A DNA stretch of 64,000 bases from Octopus vulgaris (taxonomy: Eukaryota). Position numbers and translations under genes: made by a program. Numbering within the stretch: position 1 is the first letter of the stretch; the number at the start of each line of letters is the position of its first letter. The DNA is taken from NCBI GenBank assembly GCA_951406725.2, contig OX597816.1, forward strand, positions 126,294,001 through 126,358,000, in the 5' to 3' direction. Positions 12,915 to 24,845 of this stretch are shown one piece after another. The notes under the pieces were generated by a model. That model ran no database searches and was not told where the DNA came from. It worked only from the letters and a program-made list of their open reading frames with translations.

Positions 12915-13531
12915 CCTCATCATCATCATTTAGCATCTGTTTTCCATGTTGGGATGGGTCAAATGAGTCAACAGGGGCTGGTGAACCAGAAAACTGAGTC
13001 AAGCTTCAGTGTTTGCTTTGGTATGGTTTCTATGGCTGGCTGCCCTTCCAAATGCCAACCAATTTACAGAGTGTACTTGGTACTTTTTATGTGGTACCAT
13101 CACTAGTGAGGCCACCCAGTTAATCACAAGACATGGCTCCTCAACTGAGGTGGGGGATTCGTATTGGAGAAGTATGATGGGTTACAAGAACAAGTGTCTT
13201 TTTGGTGGAGAGATACATGGTTAATCCAGTTGAAAGAGGAGTGGGACAGTGGTGAAGATGTGTCAGGGTATACCGTCACGTTACATGAAGGTGAATGAAG
13301 AGGAATGTTATGGATGGGTTAATGGGAATGTGGGAGGTGAGTGGCAGGTAGATAGTGGAAGATGCAGGAAATGATAAACAAGGGTGGATGTAAGGTCAAT
13401 CATGAATATCTTTTGGAGTGGAAAGTAGAGGAAGTAGGAGTGGATCAAGGAACTAATAGGTGGCAGCAAGATGCTGTAGAGTGATTAGGGGTGGTGTGTG
13501 AGAATGCACACTGCTCTCGCTTTCTCTCTCC

Positions 13532-13562
<31 letters not shown>

Positions 13563-14465
13563 ACACTTCCAGAACTTAGTTTTGCTGAGTTAGGTGAGTT
13601 TTCTCAAGAATTGCATACCACCAATCATCCTGATCTCTTGTTATCTCTTCCATGAGATTCAAGGGCCTTTACCATTCTGTCCCATGTCATTCTGGTTTTC
13701 CCTCTTCTGCAAGCTCCATCCTCATTAAATGGTCAGCTCTTCTTCATGAAGCTGTCCTCATCCACATGCATCACAACTGCAGTCTTCTTTCTTACACACT
13801 ACAACTGATTCATCTTATACCCACTTTTTCTGTCAGTATATTTGTATTATGTCGTTGATGCCCACTTACATTGCATATCAAATGGAGTATGTTAGCTTCA
13901 TTTCTTATTAGACTTCTCAATTCCCTTACATTCAAGGCCCTTGCCTGTCAACATTGATGGTAATTGCAATACAAGTATCATATAATCTGTCCTTCATGCT
14001 GAGGAAAAAAAAAAACATTGTTGCCAGCAGCTTTAATGGTTCCCTGAACTGGTTTCAATCCATTTTTGCTCTGGCTACTGTACTTTCTCAGCAACTACCT
14101 CTCCTAATAATTATTTCTCTAAGGTAACAAAATCTATTGACTATTTTAAGTGAATTATCTGGGCATTTAAGATAAGCTATTTCTATTGTGCTCATAGTGT
14201 GTACTGTTTCAGTGCATTTCTCATGAATGAAATTTACTTTCTCTGTTAGTTTGGCTGTGATCCTGATGCACTTTTTGTGTGTTCATAGCTTATATTGTGT
14301 ATGGAGTTTATACCTACTCTTTTTCTGCATATCAAGTGAGGCCTCTTTCTGAGGATACCCGGGTCCAGCTTCCCCTTCTATTTTCTAAAACTTTCATCTT
14401 TGCTAAGTTTACATAAAGGCTTCTTAATTCTAGGTTTAGCTTCCATACCTGGAATTTCCTCTCTA
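12915..14465 (-). mobile_element. RTE LINE 3' relic (ORF end plus 3' UTR)
   Basis: (CAT)n tail. 13570-14465 is a degenerate version of the RTE C-terminal coding region also seen at 7880-8550. Confidence 0.7.
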
Positions 14466-15014
14466 ATTGCCTACAGATTTAGTTATGAGAAATAGATTAT
14501 TAGGATATAGGAGTGAATATCACACAAATAAATATTACCCAATTATTCAAACATCTGATAATAACAGTTCCAAATCTAGACTACATTTATTAAAATTATC
14601 CTTTTGTTTATTTGTTAAACTTTTATTTATCCAGAAGTTTGTTGGAAGGCTTCAAAGTTTCACATTTTAGCATGAATTATAAGAGCAAAAATTTTACTAG
14701 GGAAATTTTTCCTTTGTATTGAATACTTAATTCTAACCAGCTGTGCTTTTATTTTACAAATATTTATAAGAAATACAGAGATAGTATTAAATGTTTATGC
14801 AGTTTTGTAATAAAGTGTATTGAGATATAAATGAACTGATAAAAGTCCAACATTTGGCCAGGAAAAATACCAAGTCTGACTAATTGCAACATATACAGTT
14901 CTTTATAGTCTTTTTAAAGGCAATAACAACTCATTATGGCCTTCTAAATTTGATGTACTTTGTTTTATGAATGATGCTGCATTAAAATCATGACTAAATA
15001 TAAACTAATGGCTG

Positions 15015-15150
15015 GACAGCAAGTTTGCTGAAAGTTTGAAGCACCTTGCTATAGTAATTACAGCATCTACTTTTGTTGTTTTACATTCTGAGTTCATATC
15101 CTGCTGGGAATTAATTTATCTTTCATCCCTGTCAGTTAATAAAATAAGTA
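15015..15150 (+). mobile_element. Degenerate tRNA-derived SINE fragment of a second family (related fragment at ~15440-15590)
   Basis: TTACATTCTGAGTTCATATCC...CTTTCATCC...AAAATAAGTA containing a B-box-like GAGTTCA. Confidence 0.5.
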
Positions 15151-15893
15151 TATTACACAATATAAACAAATTATATATTCTTATATTGAGACCTGTGACA
15201 GTAAAATGATTAATTTATAAATACTTTCATGATATTAAAGTAATATAAGTAATGTAAGTAATATTTACTTGCTGAAATATAATGTATTAAGTGAAGGAAG
15301 TGTGATTTCAATTTAATCTGCTTTTATGATTTGCTGTTTTCAAAGGGTAGGTATTTAAGTATTACGAAAGTAGCTAACCATTAAAAGACATATATAATAA
15401 AAATTAGAAGGCTGATTTTAACATTTTGTATCTCAAAAGAAGGTGGTGGGAAGCAAAATCTGAAGAGAACTATATCTTGCATTATTTAGTTACATTCTTT
15501 CCTGTTGTGGGTTCAAATCTTGCCAGAATCAACTTTACCTTTACTAAATAAATACCAGTCACATTCTGGGTTGGTGAACTTGACATACCATTCCATCAAT
15601 TTTTTAAATTATCATTATAATTTTTTAAAATTAATTGAAAAGAATGAATACATTAGTTAGTGTTAAGAAAATTTGCTAATTTTTGCACAATAAAGTTATA
15701 AATTGATCATATTGGGAAGTACACATTATTGCTGCTTTTCAAAAAAAATGAACAGTAAGGTCCTTTTTCATATTGCATGAAAATTTAAAAAAATTTCCCT
15801 AAAAGTGTTACAATTTTATGAAAAGTTTAGAAATAATTTGCAAACTATTAAATGAAATATTTTGAATTATAGCAATTGATATCTAGATAAAAA

Positions 15894-16370
15894 TATGAGG
15901 TCTATCTAAACTATAATTGAATTTAAAAAAAAAAATTTGTTGCTTGACTTACAGTTTATTCAGACTTATTGCTTTAAAAAAGTATTGTTTTCACTGATAC
16001 AGCATAGCCAATGTTTTCTCCAGTATTGGAAGGTGCCATGGAATGCATTTTCAGGGATAGTGCAAAGTTCTCATTTTAAATTTTCTTTCGTATTTTTTAT
16101 CATCTAAGATTAGCATTCTGGGTAGATTTCAACTTTAAAACACAGAGTTGTGTATGAACTAAATCTGGAGGGTATAGCGGCTGAGAATGCATGTAAGTTC
16201 TTGCTTTGTATAAAAGTTATGGATAAGTGGTGAACATGAGCATCTGCATTGTTGTGGGAACAAGGGCAACATTCGAGTTTTGTTTATCCATAACTTAGTC
16301 CTCTATCTTCACATTGCCTCTCTCAAACACCTCAAGATATCCAAGTAAAATTCGTTTTTGATTGTTTTAA
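15894..16370 (-). mobile_element. Degenerate mariner transposase C-terminal relic
   Basis: Minus-strand motifs HNNADAH (HDNAPAH-like), QPLYPPDL (YSPDL-like) and IPENAFHGTFQYWRKHWLCCI. Confidence 0.6.
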
Positions 16371-17714
16371 AAGTTCCTTTAGTTTTTAGAGAATTTTAGT
16401 ACATTCATATAAATCTTATATGTTTATATTTAAATAAAATTTGTCAAGTTTTAAATTTTCACAATGAATGAATAATCTTATGTTTCTTGCACTCATATTC
16501 TCTTACTTGGAAAATAAATTTATAATGTTTTTTCAGAATATAGTTACCTTTGGTCTTAAGTTTACTTTGAAATAATTTTTTATAAAACATAAGTGAAGTT
16601 CTGCAACTCAAACACTTGTAGCTCTCTCAGACTTGGGAAATTGATGTGGTTACTGTTAAGATCAAAGCTTCTGTGGCGAACACATGTAATCAAATGTGAA
16701 TGGTTAAAGAATTCTAAGGAATTACAGCTCTAAGGTAGGGTGACTGCAAAAATATTATGATGAGTGAAACAAAGGAATAACGAATCAGGTGGGAGATGGT
16801 TGAGGAAGCTTAAATAGAAAAATGATGCAGCTTATTTGTTCATAAGAGCAGCTGATGTTGTAAAATCAGGCTTAAGAAAAGCATATTTACTTAGCTTATA
16901 GTATGTTAGTAATTAAATCTTCTCAATTCGGGAATATATATGTGCAAATATATATTTTAGGAAATCTTTGACAAGTATATATTAAGTATCATATGATTTT
17001 GAAACAGACAGATTTAGAAAAACGTTTATGCTTGAATGCATTACAGTCATTAATTCTAGAGGGGTAAATAAAATAATTTACAGCATAATAGAATCTAATT
17101 TGAGCTGTTATTTTTTTGGCTACATACAGAATAAAACAATACTCCATCTCATTGCGAATAAAATTGTTTTATGTCAGTGTGGAAAACTTCAGACATTTGG
17201 CAGTTATTGTTAAAAGAAATATTACTTCAAAAAATCCTAGCAACACATAAATTGGTGAAGCATAAAATAAGTGCTTTGGGGGATAGAGAATATTTTCTTC
17301 AAAAGAAATGCTGGAACTGGGTGCAGCACATTGATACTATTGGGGAAAAAAATGTGAATCTTTGGGTTAATAGATCAGAAACTTATCAAGGAATTCAGCT
17401 GCAGTCTGCTGTTATTAATATATAAATAAAATGGCTGAGAAAATTTTCAAAACAATTTGGAAAAATTGTTTTCATTCAACAGAATTTTTCCTTACAATAA
17501 TTCATAACAAAAATTAATAAAAAAATCAGCTGCACATAATGCTCATTCATCATATTAAGACACACACACACACACACACTCATACATATGCATGTAAGAG
17601 TCCAGAGCAAAGAATGTCCTACAATTCATAATGCCACACTGGTGTACATTTTTATTATTGTGAAGTATAAGTGTATTGAATTCCAATAACTGATTTTTGG
17701 TGCTACTATGGCTA

Positions 17715-18400
17715 AGCATCATCATCATCATCATTCACTGTCCCTCTTCTATGTTGGCATGGGTAAGATGGTTTGATATAATCCTTTTTGATTTGAGGAC
17801 TGCATTATAATCCAGTATCTGTTTTGGCATGTTTCTACAGCTGGGTGTTCTTCCTAATGCCAACCACTTTGCAACATTGACAAAATGTTTTTTTCAAGTA
17901 CAAACTCTAGCGGGGATACCGTGCAGCTTGTATGACTAAGATCCCCTTTGACTGGGTATGGCTACAGTAGAGATGAAGCATCTTTATGCTAGAAGCTTCG
18001 ATGTTAAAGTATGAAAGAAGGGGCCAGAACTGAATAAGTTTCTTGATGTAGAGAAGTTACATCGCAACTCATATTACAACAGAAGTAGCGTGTGTGACCC
18101 GGGTTGAGCTGGTAAGAGATGATAGTCGAGGTATGAGAGGAATACAATTGAGTGGAGGCAGGAAGACAGAGTGCAGATAGGCAGAGGTTCTAAGAACCTG
18201 TCATTAGAGATAATGAATGAATGAAAGAGCGAATGTAATGATTAAAGTTAGAGAATGAGTGAAAGAGAAAATATAATGAAGAGTAGATGTGATGGAGTGG
18301 TAAGTAAGGAAGGTAGAGAAGAGTTGGAAACAACAGTTGAAACTGAGCAGGGTTGAGAGGTGGATTTAGTGAGTAAGTAAATAAGAAATGACCAGTGATA
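17715..18400 (-). mobile_element. RTE LINE 3' tail/UTR relic (appears to resume at ~19550-19900)
   Basis: (CAT)n tail, CTTCCTAATGCCAACCACTTT motif and purine-rich body. Confidence 0.6.
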
Positions 18401-18413
18401 CTATGAGTTAGAT

Positions 18414-18610
18414 TGCAATGTTATTATCAGTCCAAATATGCTTGGAGCATGTTCGAACTGGGAAACAAGCTACTCACTGTGTTTTGTCACAGAAAATATG
18501 TCTCGTTTGTTGACAAATGGTGTGTATATACTTAGATCATTTCACAGTGCCATCTATCTAGACTGTGAGATCCTAGCATTTTGGAGTAGTTATCTCCTCA
18601 TTGGTCACAG
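18414..18610. repeat. ~197-bp direct repeat, copy 1 (partner 19342-19539)
   Basis: TGCAATGTTATTATCAG...ATCTCCTCATT shared between copies, roughly 80% identical by eye. Confidence 0.85.
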
Positions 18611-18640
18611 GTAGATTACACTATGAGCTGAATAAAGAGA

Positions 18641-19277
18641 TTAGTTAGTTAGTTAGTTAATTTGGCTCAAAAGCAAATAGCAAGGCCATGTAGGGGGACA
18701 TGGAGTTAAGTACAGGGTGGTGTTCATGTAAAGAGTTCAGGCCACTTTAGGTCAAGGGAGACTTTGAACAAAGCGGTCGTCAGCATCTTCACCATCTCGT
18801 CTGGCAGCTTGTTCCACGGATCCGCAACCCGGATGAAGAAAGCTCCTCTCCTTCGATTGAGATGAAATCGTCGCAGGTAGAGCTTTTCGGAATGACCCCG
18901 CAGCCGACGCTCTGGAGCAGGAGTGAAGAACAGCTCTTTCGAGAGGTTAGCCTTTCCGCTTATGATGTTGTGAGCGAGAATGAGATCACCACGGCAGCGG
19001 CGTTTTTCTAGAGAATAAAGGTCGAGTGTCCTCAGCCTTTCTTCATAAGACAAGTTTTTGAGACCATGAACCATGCGAGTAGCCAGCTTCTGGACTCTTT
19101 CGAGATGCTGTATGTCTTTGAGGAGATAAGGAGAAGAGGCTTGAATCCCGTACTCCAATATGGGTCTCACCAGCGTGACATAGAGTGGTAGGAATATGGC
19201 TGCTGTGAGCATTCCGAATGACCGTCAAATCAAGAACAGAATTCCGCGTGCTTTGTTGGCAGCATGGACGCACTGGT
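18641..19277 (-). mobile_element. 5'-truncated CR1-clade LINE (ORF2 C-terminus with (TAAC)n tail)
   Basis: LYVTLVRPILEYGIQASSPY...LERVQKLATRMV...YEERLRTLDLYSLEKRR.RGDLI...RGHSEKL...WNKLP. (TTAG)4 at 18641-18658. Confidence 0.9.
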
Positions 19278-19341
19278 AGAACAGTGGCTTGCAGTAAGTA
19301 GATCACGGAGGGGAAATGCTAAGCAGTGATAAGAAAAAAAG

Positions 19342-19539
19342 TGCAATGTTATTATCAGTTCAAATATTCTTGATGCACATTCGAACTGAGGAAAAAGCTA
19401 CTCACTATGTTTTGTCGTGGAGAATATAATTTCAATTGTTGACAAATGGTGTGTATACACCTAGATCAGCTTGCAGCACCATCTCCCAAGACTGTGAGAT
19501 GGTAGCATTTCAGAGTAGCTATCTCCTCATTAGTTACAG
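19342..19539. repeat. ~198-bp direct repeat, copy 2
   Basis: Matches 18414-18610. Confidence 0.85.
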
Positions 19540-19990
19540 ACTATGAGTTAGGGTAGCACTGAGGAAAAGTAAGAAATGACTGATAGTGCAGAAAGAGTAT
19601 GGGGGAAGGGTAGCAGAATAGTAACAATGGCTCAGTAGACGGGAGGAAGGTTGAGAGAGCAGTACATGTGGTTGAAGGTGATCAATGTAAAATGTGGGTG
19701 GTGAGAAAAGTATTAAGCATAAACAATAGATAACAAATGAAATGGTTTCAAATAGTTAGAAGGATAAGTGGTATCAATAAAAAAAACTAGCATAACATGA
19801 AGTACTACTCAGATCTAATTACAGCAGAAGAATGCTGCAGTTACAGAAATGATGGGTGGTGGAAATATCTGAAGGCCAAAATAGTGGTGGTGGAGTTGTT
19901 GCACTTATATACACATTATGCTGCCAATGTATGTATGAGTGTATATATGCATGTCTATATGTATGTGTATATATATTTTTTTATACATTC

Positions 19991-20049
<59 letters not shown>

Positions 20050-20050
20050 C

Positions 20051-20086
<36 letters not shown>

Positions 20087-20087
<1 letters not shown>

Positions 20088-20441
20088 GCAATTAAGGGTT
20101 TAGCAACGAATTGCCTTACCACACACCGAATTTAGAAATAGCAGTCAAAGAGATTATAGCTATTTCTTCTACTAAAAGGGAGATCACAGTAAAGGCACAG
20201 CATTTGAAAGGCAAACACAAACAGGTAAAAGAGAATGAATTAACGGCAATCTATCATACAGTTAAAACTGTATGATAGATTGCCGTTAATTCATTCTCTT
20301 TTACCTGTTTGTGTTTGCCTTTCAAATGCTGTGCCTTTACTGTGATCTCCCTTTAGTAGAAGAAATAGCTATAATCTCTTTGACTGCTATTTCTAAATTC
20401 GGTGTGTGGTAAGGCAATTCGTTGCTAAACCCTTAATTGCT
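20087..20441. repeat. Near-perfect 355-bp palindrome (177/176-bp arms, 2-nt loop) within a (TA)n-flanked insert (20087-20553)
   Basis: Centre CATACAGTT-AA-AACTGTATG at 20264-20265. The only difference seen between arms is a 1-bp indel in an A/T run. Confidence 0.97.
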
Positions 20442-20550
20442 TAGTATTACTTAAATTTTCCTCGAATGAGGCTTTTACATGCCGAAGACTACTTGGTGTA
20501 ATTGATAATTGTTCCAAATTAATTAATTTCACCCTTCATTGTTACTCATA

Positions 20551-20598
<48 letters not shown>

Positions 20599-20649
20599 GT
20601 ATCTTTATGTGTATCTATATAAATAAGTATATGTGTACATATAGATGAG

Positions 20650-22620
20650 ATTCATTTAAAGTTTCCGCAAATGATGAATTGTTCGTTTTGCAGATCTCTT
20701 CTTGCAATCTGGGCAGCTGAAATATATTTTGTATCACAGCAGCTACTAAAACACCAGTGCCAACCACTTCACTACGAGCAAAAATTTCCAAATTCAACTG
20801 ATTCTTCATTACATGATCCACTTGTTTTGATGACCAATATGTTGGAGCTAATTTTTTTGCATTATCTCTCACAAGTATGATAAAACGACCCATAAAGTCA
20901 TCCATATTCATTGCCAGAATACCCTATCAATGCTTGAATCAATAACCAGAATAATGAACCAGAGAAATAAAGTATTGTCATAAACATTCACTACTCTCCC
21001 CACTTTGATCGGTAATTGAGTATCCTTCTTATATCATGATTGAGATGCATCTCTTCAACTTTCATGCCTGCAACTTTGGACATATATCTGAGGGTTATTT
21101 AAGGAACAGTTCCCTCTTCAATATATCACCCTGCAAAAACTGCTGAGATGAAGTCAAGAGTCTGCACTCCAAACCATTGCTCTCCAAAACATTACTGATT
21201 AATTAACACTATTAACTATGATTTCATGGCTGTATATTGGAGAGTCCGTTTCTAGATCACTTGCAAATTCCTCATGACCATGTGCAACACAATAAGCCAG
21301 GGGAGGCTGGCAACAGCCATGATCAGTTGGTGGTTTTTACGTGCCACCGGCACAGAAGCCAGTCAAAGTGGCGCTGGCATCGACCACGTACGGATGGTCC
21401 CAGTAATCACTCCTTCTTGACCTATGTAGGGTAGACATTCAAATACACCATGACTCATTATATTTTATATTACTGTGTGCTTTGCATCAATTACAGCTTT
21501 TCACTGTTCTTTCATTACAGTGAGTAAAACTGCATGTTCACGTGTACCTACTTCAACAGCTTCCTGAGTAACATGTCCCCACTGATTTTCATGATCCCAG
21601 TTAGCACATGTAGAATATTTATTCTCCCCTTTTGGTATTATATTCATCTAAAAATTGTAGTTTCCTCTTTGACTTTGGCTATTTAATCATAGTTTTATCT
21701 TCTTTTTCACTTCTCACATTCATTCATGTTATATTCAGCCTTGTTGTTTCTGCCTGTTTTTTCAGTTTTGCTTTTCAAACTTTTATATCATTAGCTTCAT
21801 TGCTACCAATGTCTTCTTTATCAAAAGGTTCATTTTTCTCATTAGATACACCTTCATACAATTCATTCACTACTGTAATAACTCCCATACTTCTTTTAGG
21901 CCCCTTTATCACAACTTCATCATTTGACATGAATGCATTCTGTAAAATGTTCCTCCATGCCTATTTAATCGAAGGACCACACCATCCTATAAAGTTTTGT
22001 CTTCTGTAAGAGATCTGGTTACTAACTCAAAAATCTTCATCTGTGTAAATCCTTATTTTAGACCTCAGTGCTCTCTTTATATTTGCACTAGCCTCATCTT
22101 TGATGAAACTATTTTTTGCATATGAAGTACACTTAACCATGTCACTTAATTGTTGTAGATTTCAGAGTAAGTAATTTGTAAGTCAGAAGAGATAGTACAT
22201 TAAAATTAGGGCCAAAAACAAATTCATTAGGAATATGACCCGAATAATTCTGGAGTGTCTTGTTCACATGAACAATCCATGTCAGGACTATCTTATATCT
22301 CTGATTTTCTAGAATTTTCTTCATTGCTTTCCTAATGATCTCTTCCACTTTATTTGTTTTGATTAATCTGGCAGCAGGATATCTAACAGTGGCATCAATG
22401 ATTCAGAATCCAGGACTTGTGACTGCATGCCTCCAGATCAAGACAAACTGCCTCATTGTACTTATTCCTAACAGGTAGTCCTACCATTAATCTACATGGA
22501 AGCTTTCTAAACTATGGACAAATATGATGAGTCGTAGATTTTTTTATTTAGAAATTCCTCATCCATGGAAGTCCTACCCTTCCAAACTAAAGGAATCATT
22601 TTCTCCTTTGAAGCATGGGA
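20650..22620 (-). mobile_element. Degenerate Ty1/copia (GalEa-like) pol relic: integrase, RT and RNase H fragments
   Basis: RNase H-like KLAPTYWSSKQVDHV...GVLVAAVIQNIFQLP...ICKTNNSSFAETL and integrase-like LTWIVH..TLQNYSGHIPNEFVFGPNFNVLSLLT.KL, in copia order (IN before RT/RH). Confidence 0.65.
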
Positions 22621-23574
22621 AAACTGACAGTGGACTTTTTCCTTTTCTCATCACTAGGGCACAGTCTTAAATTTTTTAGGTCTAATACAATGTTTAGAAG
22701 AATACTTATACAGACACATGCAAAGTACTTTATTTTCATGTTGCTACAGTTTATTCCAAAGTAAATAGTATCAAACTGGTTGCTGGTGCAGCTCTCTCCT
22801 CTAGCTTTCACATTCTGGATGTGTTACAAGGTCAAGGACGAGAGAACTGAGAGAATGTCAGTTTTTTATTGTAACTACATGCACACCTAAAGCAATTAGC
22901 AAAAGTATGGGACATGTTACCAAGCCATACTCACTCATGAGTGATGGTTAGCTATATTGTATTTGTGTGTGTATGTGTGTATACACTCACTAACAAGTCT
23001 CATACATATTCCACAAGATACATCATGATTAGTCTTAGCAAAGAAGTTTTCATGAAATTGCTCAACATTCATAAAGTTTATGAATTATTTGGGGATACAA
23101 CATGAATTCTATATAGTGAACGAATGAATGGAATTAGTTAACCTCTGATTCATCATATAGGAGTAAGTCTTCTGTAAAAGAATGTTCTATTTCAAGAATT
23201 GTATCTCTTATTAGTTGATGTAAAAGACAGAATACTACTTCAGCCAGCAGTAAGGTTGACATACATGTGCAGTTAGGTATAAAAGCTATTCGGGTCAGTT
23301 GAATGTACCAAAGAAGTTAATACTTTTATATTCAAACAGATAAAACTGTTTTAAGGGAAAACTGTCTCAAAGTGTTTTACATAGAATTAACTTCTCACAC
23401 TAACTCAGTAACAAGAAACGTGTGTATACTCCATATTGCTATCATAACTAATCTTAGCAATGCGTTTTTCAGAAATGTGTTCATATAAATTATTACTTGG
23501 GGGCAAAGATATTGAATCTAAAAACTAAGAAAATAAATATAAAAAGCTAACTTCTGAAATGTGAATTATCTTTT

Positions 23575-23885
23575 ATCATTTACTTGTTTCAGTCATTGAA
23601 TTGCAACCATGCTGGGGTTGAAGTTTTTAGTCAACCATGCTGGGTCTTGAAGCTGTTAGTCAAATGAATCAGCCCCAATACTGATTTTCTTAAGTCTGAT
23701 ATTTATTCTATTGGTCTCCTTTGCCAAACTGTTGTTAAGATACAGGGACAGAAGCAAACCAACATTGGTTGTCAAGTGTTGGTGGTGGGAGAAAACACAC
23801 AACACACACACACACACACATACATACACGATTAACTTCCACTAAGTTTCTGTCTTCCACATTCACTTAAGAAACATTGGTCAGC
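23575..23885 (-). mobile_element. Octopus-type SINE, partial
   Basis: TTTTACTTGTTTCAGTCATT...TTATTCTATTGGTCTCCTTTGCC...TTGGTTGTCAAG matches the 48011 family. Confidence 0.75.
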
Positions 23886-24589
23886 ATGGTAAATAAGATT
23901 ATAGTTAGCAGCAAAAGTAAAACAAAATATCATCTTGCAATGGTCCATTGCATATATATGGTTTCAATGTCAACATTGTTCCACTGGTGTGATGTTTAAA
24001 AAGAATAATGACAGGATATGATACATGGCAAAGATTCAGTACAGATAGATGTAGCCTACCCCTTGATAACAAGGTGGCTTAGAACAGGAAATAGGAGAGA
24101 AGATGAGTGATAGGCAAGGGTAATGATAAGAGGGTAGTAAATAAAGCCCCAATACCAACATAACAAGAGAGCCAAATACATCTCATTCAATAGCCATCCC
24201 ATTTTGAATATATGTGTGTGTATATATATATATCATCATCATCATCGTCGTTTAACGTCCGTTCTCCATGCTAACATGGGTTGGACTATATATATATATA
24301 TATATATATATGTATACACAACACACACATGTATGTGTTCATGTGCATGTTTGTGTTGTATTCCCCTTGTCTTCATCTATGTACATTGATTAGAAATACA
24401 GCATCTCCCTTTGTACATATGGTATTGCGTCACAGTTATTTGCAGTTATCTGCAAAAGTTTATTTGGGTTGTTCATTGCTGGATAGATTGAGGGAAGTTA
24501 TTACCTTGTTTAGAAACTAGTAAAGAACCATACTCATTGGAAGAGCCATACTCATTAGTGCAACAGAGTGCTAAAATAACCTACAATCA

Positions 24590-24647
24590 ACACACACACA
24601 TATCTAATCTCTAGGTCACTCTCTTTCTATGTAAGTATATGTATATT

Positions 24648-24700
<53 letters not shown>

Positions 24701-24775
24701 ATGCATATAATCATGCATACAGACACACAGAGGAAGAGAGAGAGAGTATGATGTATATGTGTCTATGTATATGTA

Positions 24776-24844
<69 letters not shown>

Positions 24845-24845
24845 A
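24590..24845. repeat. Compound (TA)n/(GT)n microsatellite
   Basis: Seen directly in the sequence. Confidence 0.9.

Noticed and set aside
20340-20410. Peptide CDLPLVEEIAII resembling a PLE endonuclease C-terminus
   Set aside because: Too short, and the frame differs between the two arms, so it was not used as evidence.
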